This document shows positions 63,621-64,000 of a DNA stretch of 64,000 bases, one piece after another. Under the pieces are notes generated by a model. It ran no database searches. It saw nothing but the letters and a program-made list of their open reading frames with translations, and was not told the origin of the DNA. How positions within the stretch are numbered: position 1 is the stretch's first letter; each line of letters starts with the position of its first letter. The stretch covers positions 23,436,001-23,500,000 of the forward strand of contig OZ281500.1 of assembly GCA_965637545.1 (NCBI GenBank). Reading direction: 5' to 3'. A program made the position numbers and the translations under genes. This DNA comes from Phallusia mammillata. Its lineage: Eukaryota.

Positions 63621-63694
63621 GTATGTGATGTGAAACTGATACATGTGTGGATTTACATTTGTCATTAGTTTGAAACATTTGACAGATTAAAATG

Positions 63695-63960
63695 ATTGTG
63701 ACGTCAGAATAAAATATTTTATGACGTCATGACGAAATACTCAGGAATAATTGTGACGTCAGATTGGAGTATTTGTGACGTCAAATTGACATGTTTGTAA
63801 AGTCAGAAAGAAATATTTGTGACGCCAGATTGGAATAATTGTGACGTCAGATTGGAGTATTTGTGACGTCAGAATGAAATATTTGCGACCTCAGAATCAA
63901 ATATTTGTGACGTCAGATGAAAATACTTGTGACGTCAGATTGAAATGTTTTGTGACGTTA
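63695..63960. repeat. 22-bp minisatellite (about 11-12 units) built on the TGACGTCA palindrome
   Basis: Unit approximately ttgtgacgtcagattggagtat, with 8 perfect TGACGTCA sites and several degenerate ones. Confidence 0.9.
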
Positions 63961-64000
63961 GACTAAATCCTTGATAAGCTATTGCTGCCAGGCATAATGT

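Overview
AT-rich, intron-dense animal genomic DNA, probably from an ascidian tunicate (inferred from intron size, base composition and a SINE resembling Ciona Cics-1; not proven). Two protein-coding genes are visible. (1) The minus strand, 480-46048, carries 61 exons of axonemal inner-arm dynein heavy chain 1 (DNAH1), from the late tail through the linker, AAA1-4, stalk/MTBD, AAA5-6 and most of the C-terminal domain. The last exon(s) lie left of the window. The N-terminal ~900 codons are not found in 46049-64000. (2) The plus strand, 54932-63620 and continuing, carries 11 exons of a cation-type Cys-loop receptor subunit (nAChR alpha7/9/10-like or 5-HT3-like; the M4 exon is off-window). It therefore appears to be nested antisense inside a >18 kb DNAH1 intron. 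The main finding is the receptor's loop C: both loop-C tyrosines are kept, but the vicinal Cys-Cys hexapeptide is replaced by a 75-residue Ser/Thr/Pro-rich segment with three N-glycosylation sequons, encoded by two dedicated exons. Introns contain many hAT-type MITEs with intact target-site duplications, pogo-like MITEs, two minisatellites, and a dispersed ~350 bp repeat carrying an internal tRNA-like Pol III cassette that does not have SINE architecture. No rRNA, functional tRNA or CRISPR was seen. All coordinates and protein comparisons were read by eye or recalled from memory, without database searches.
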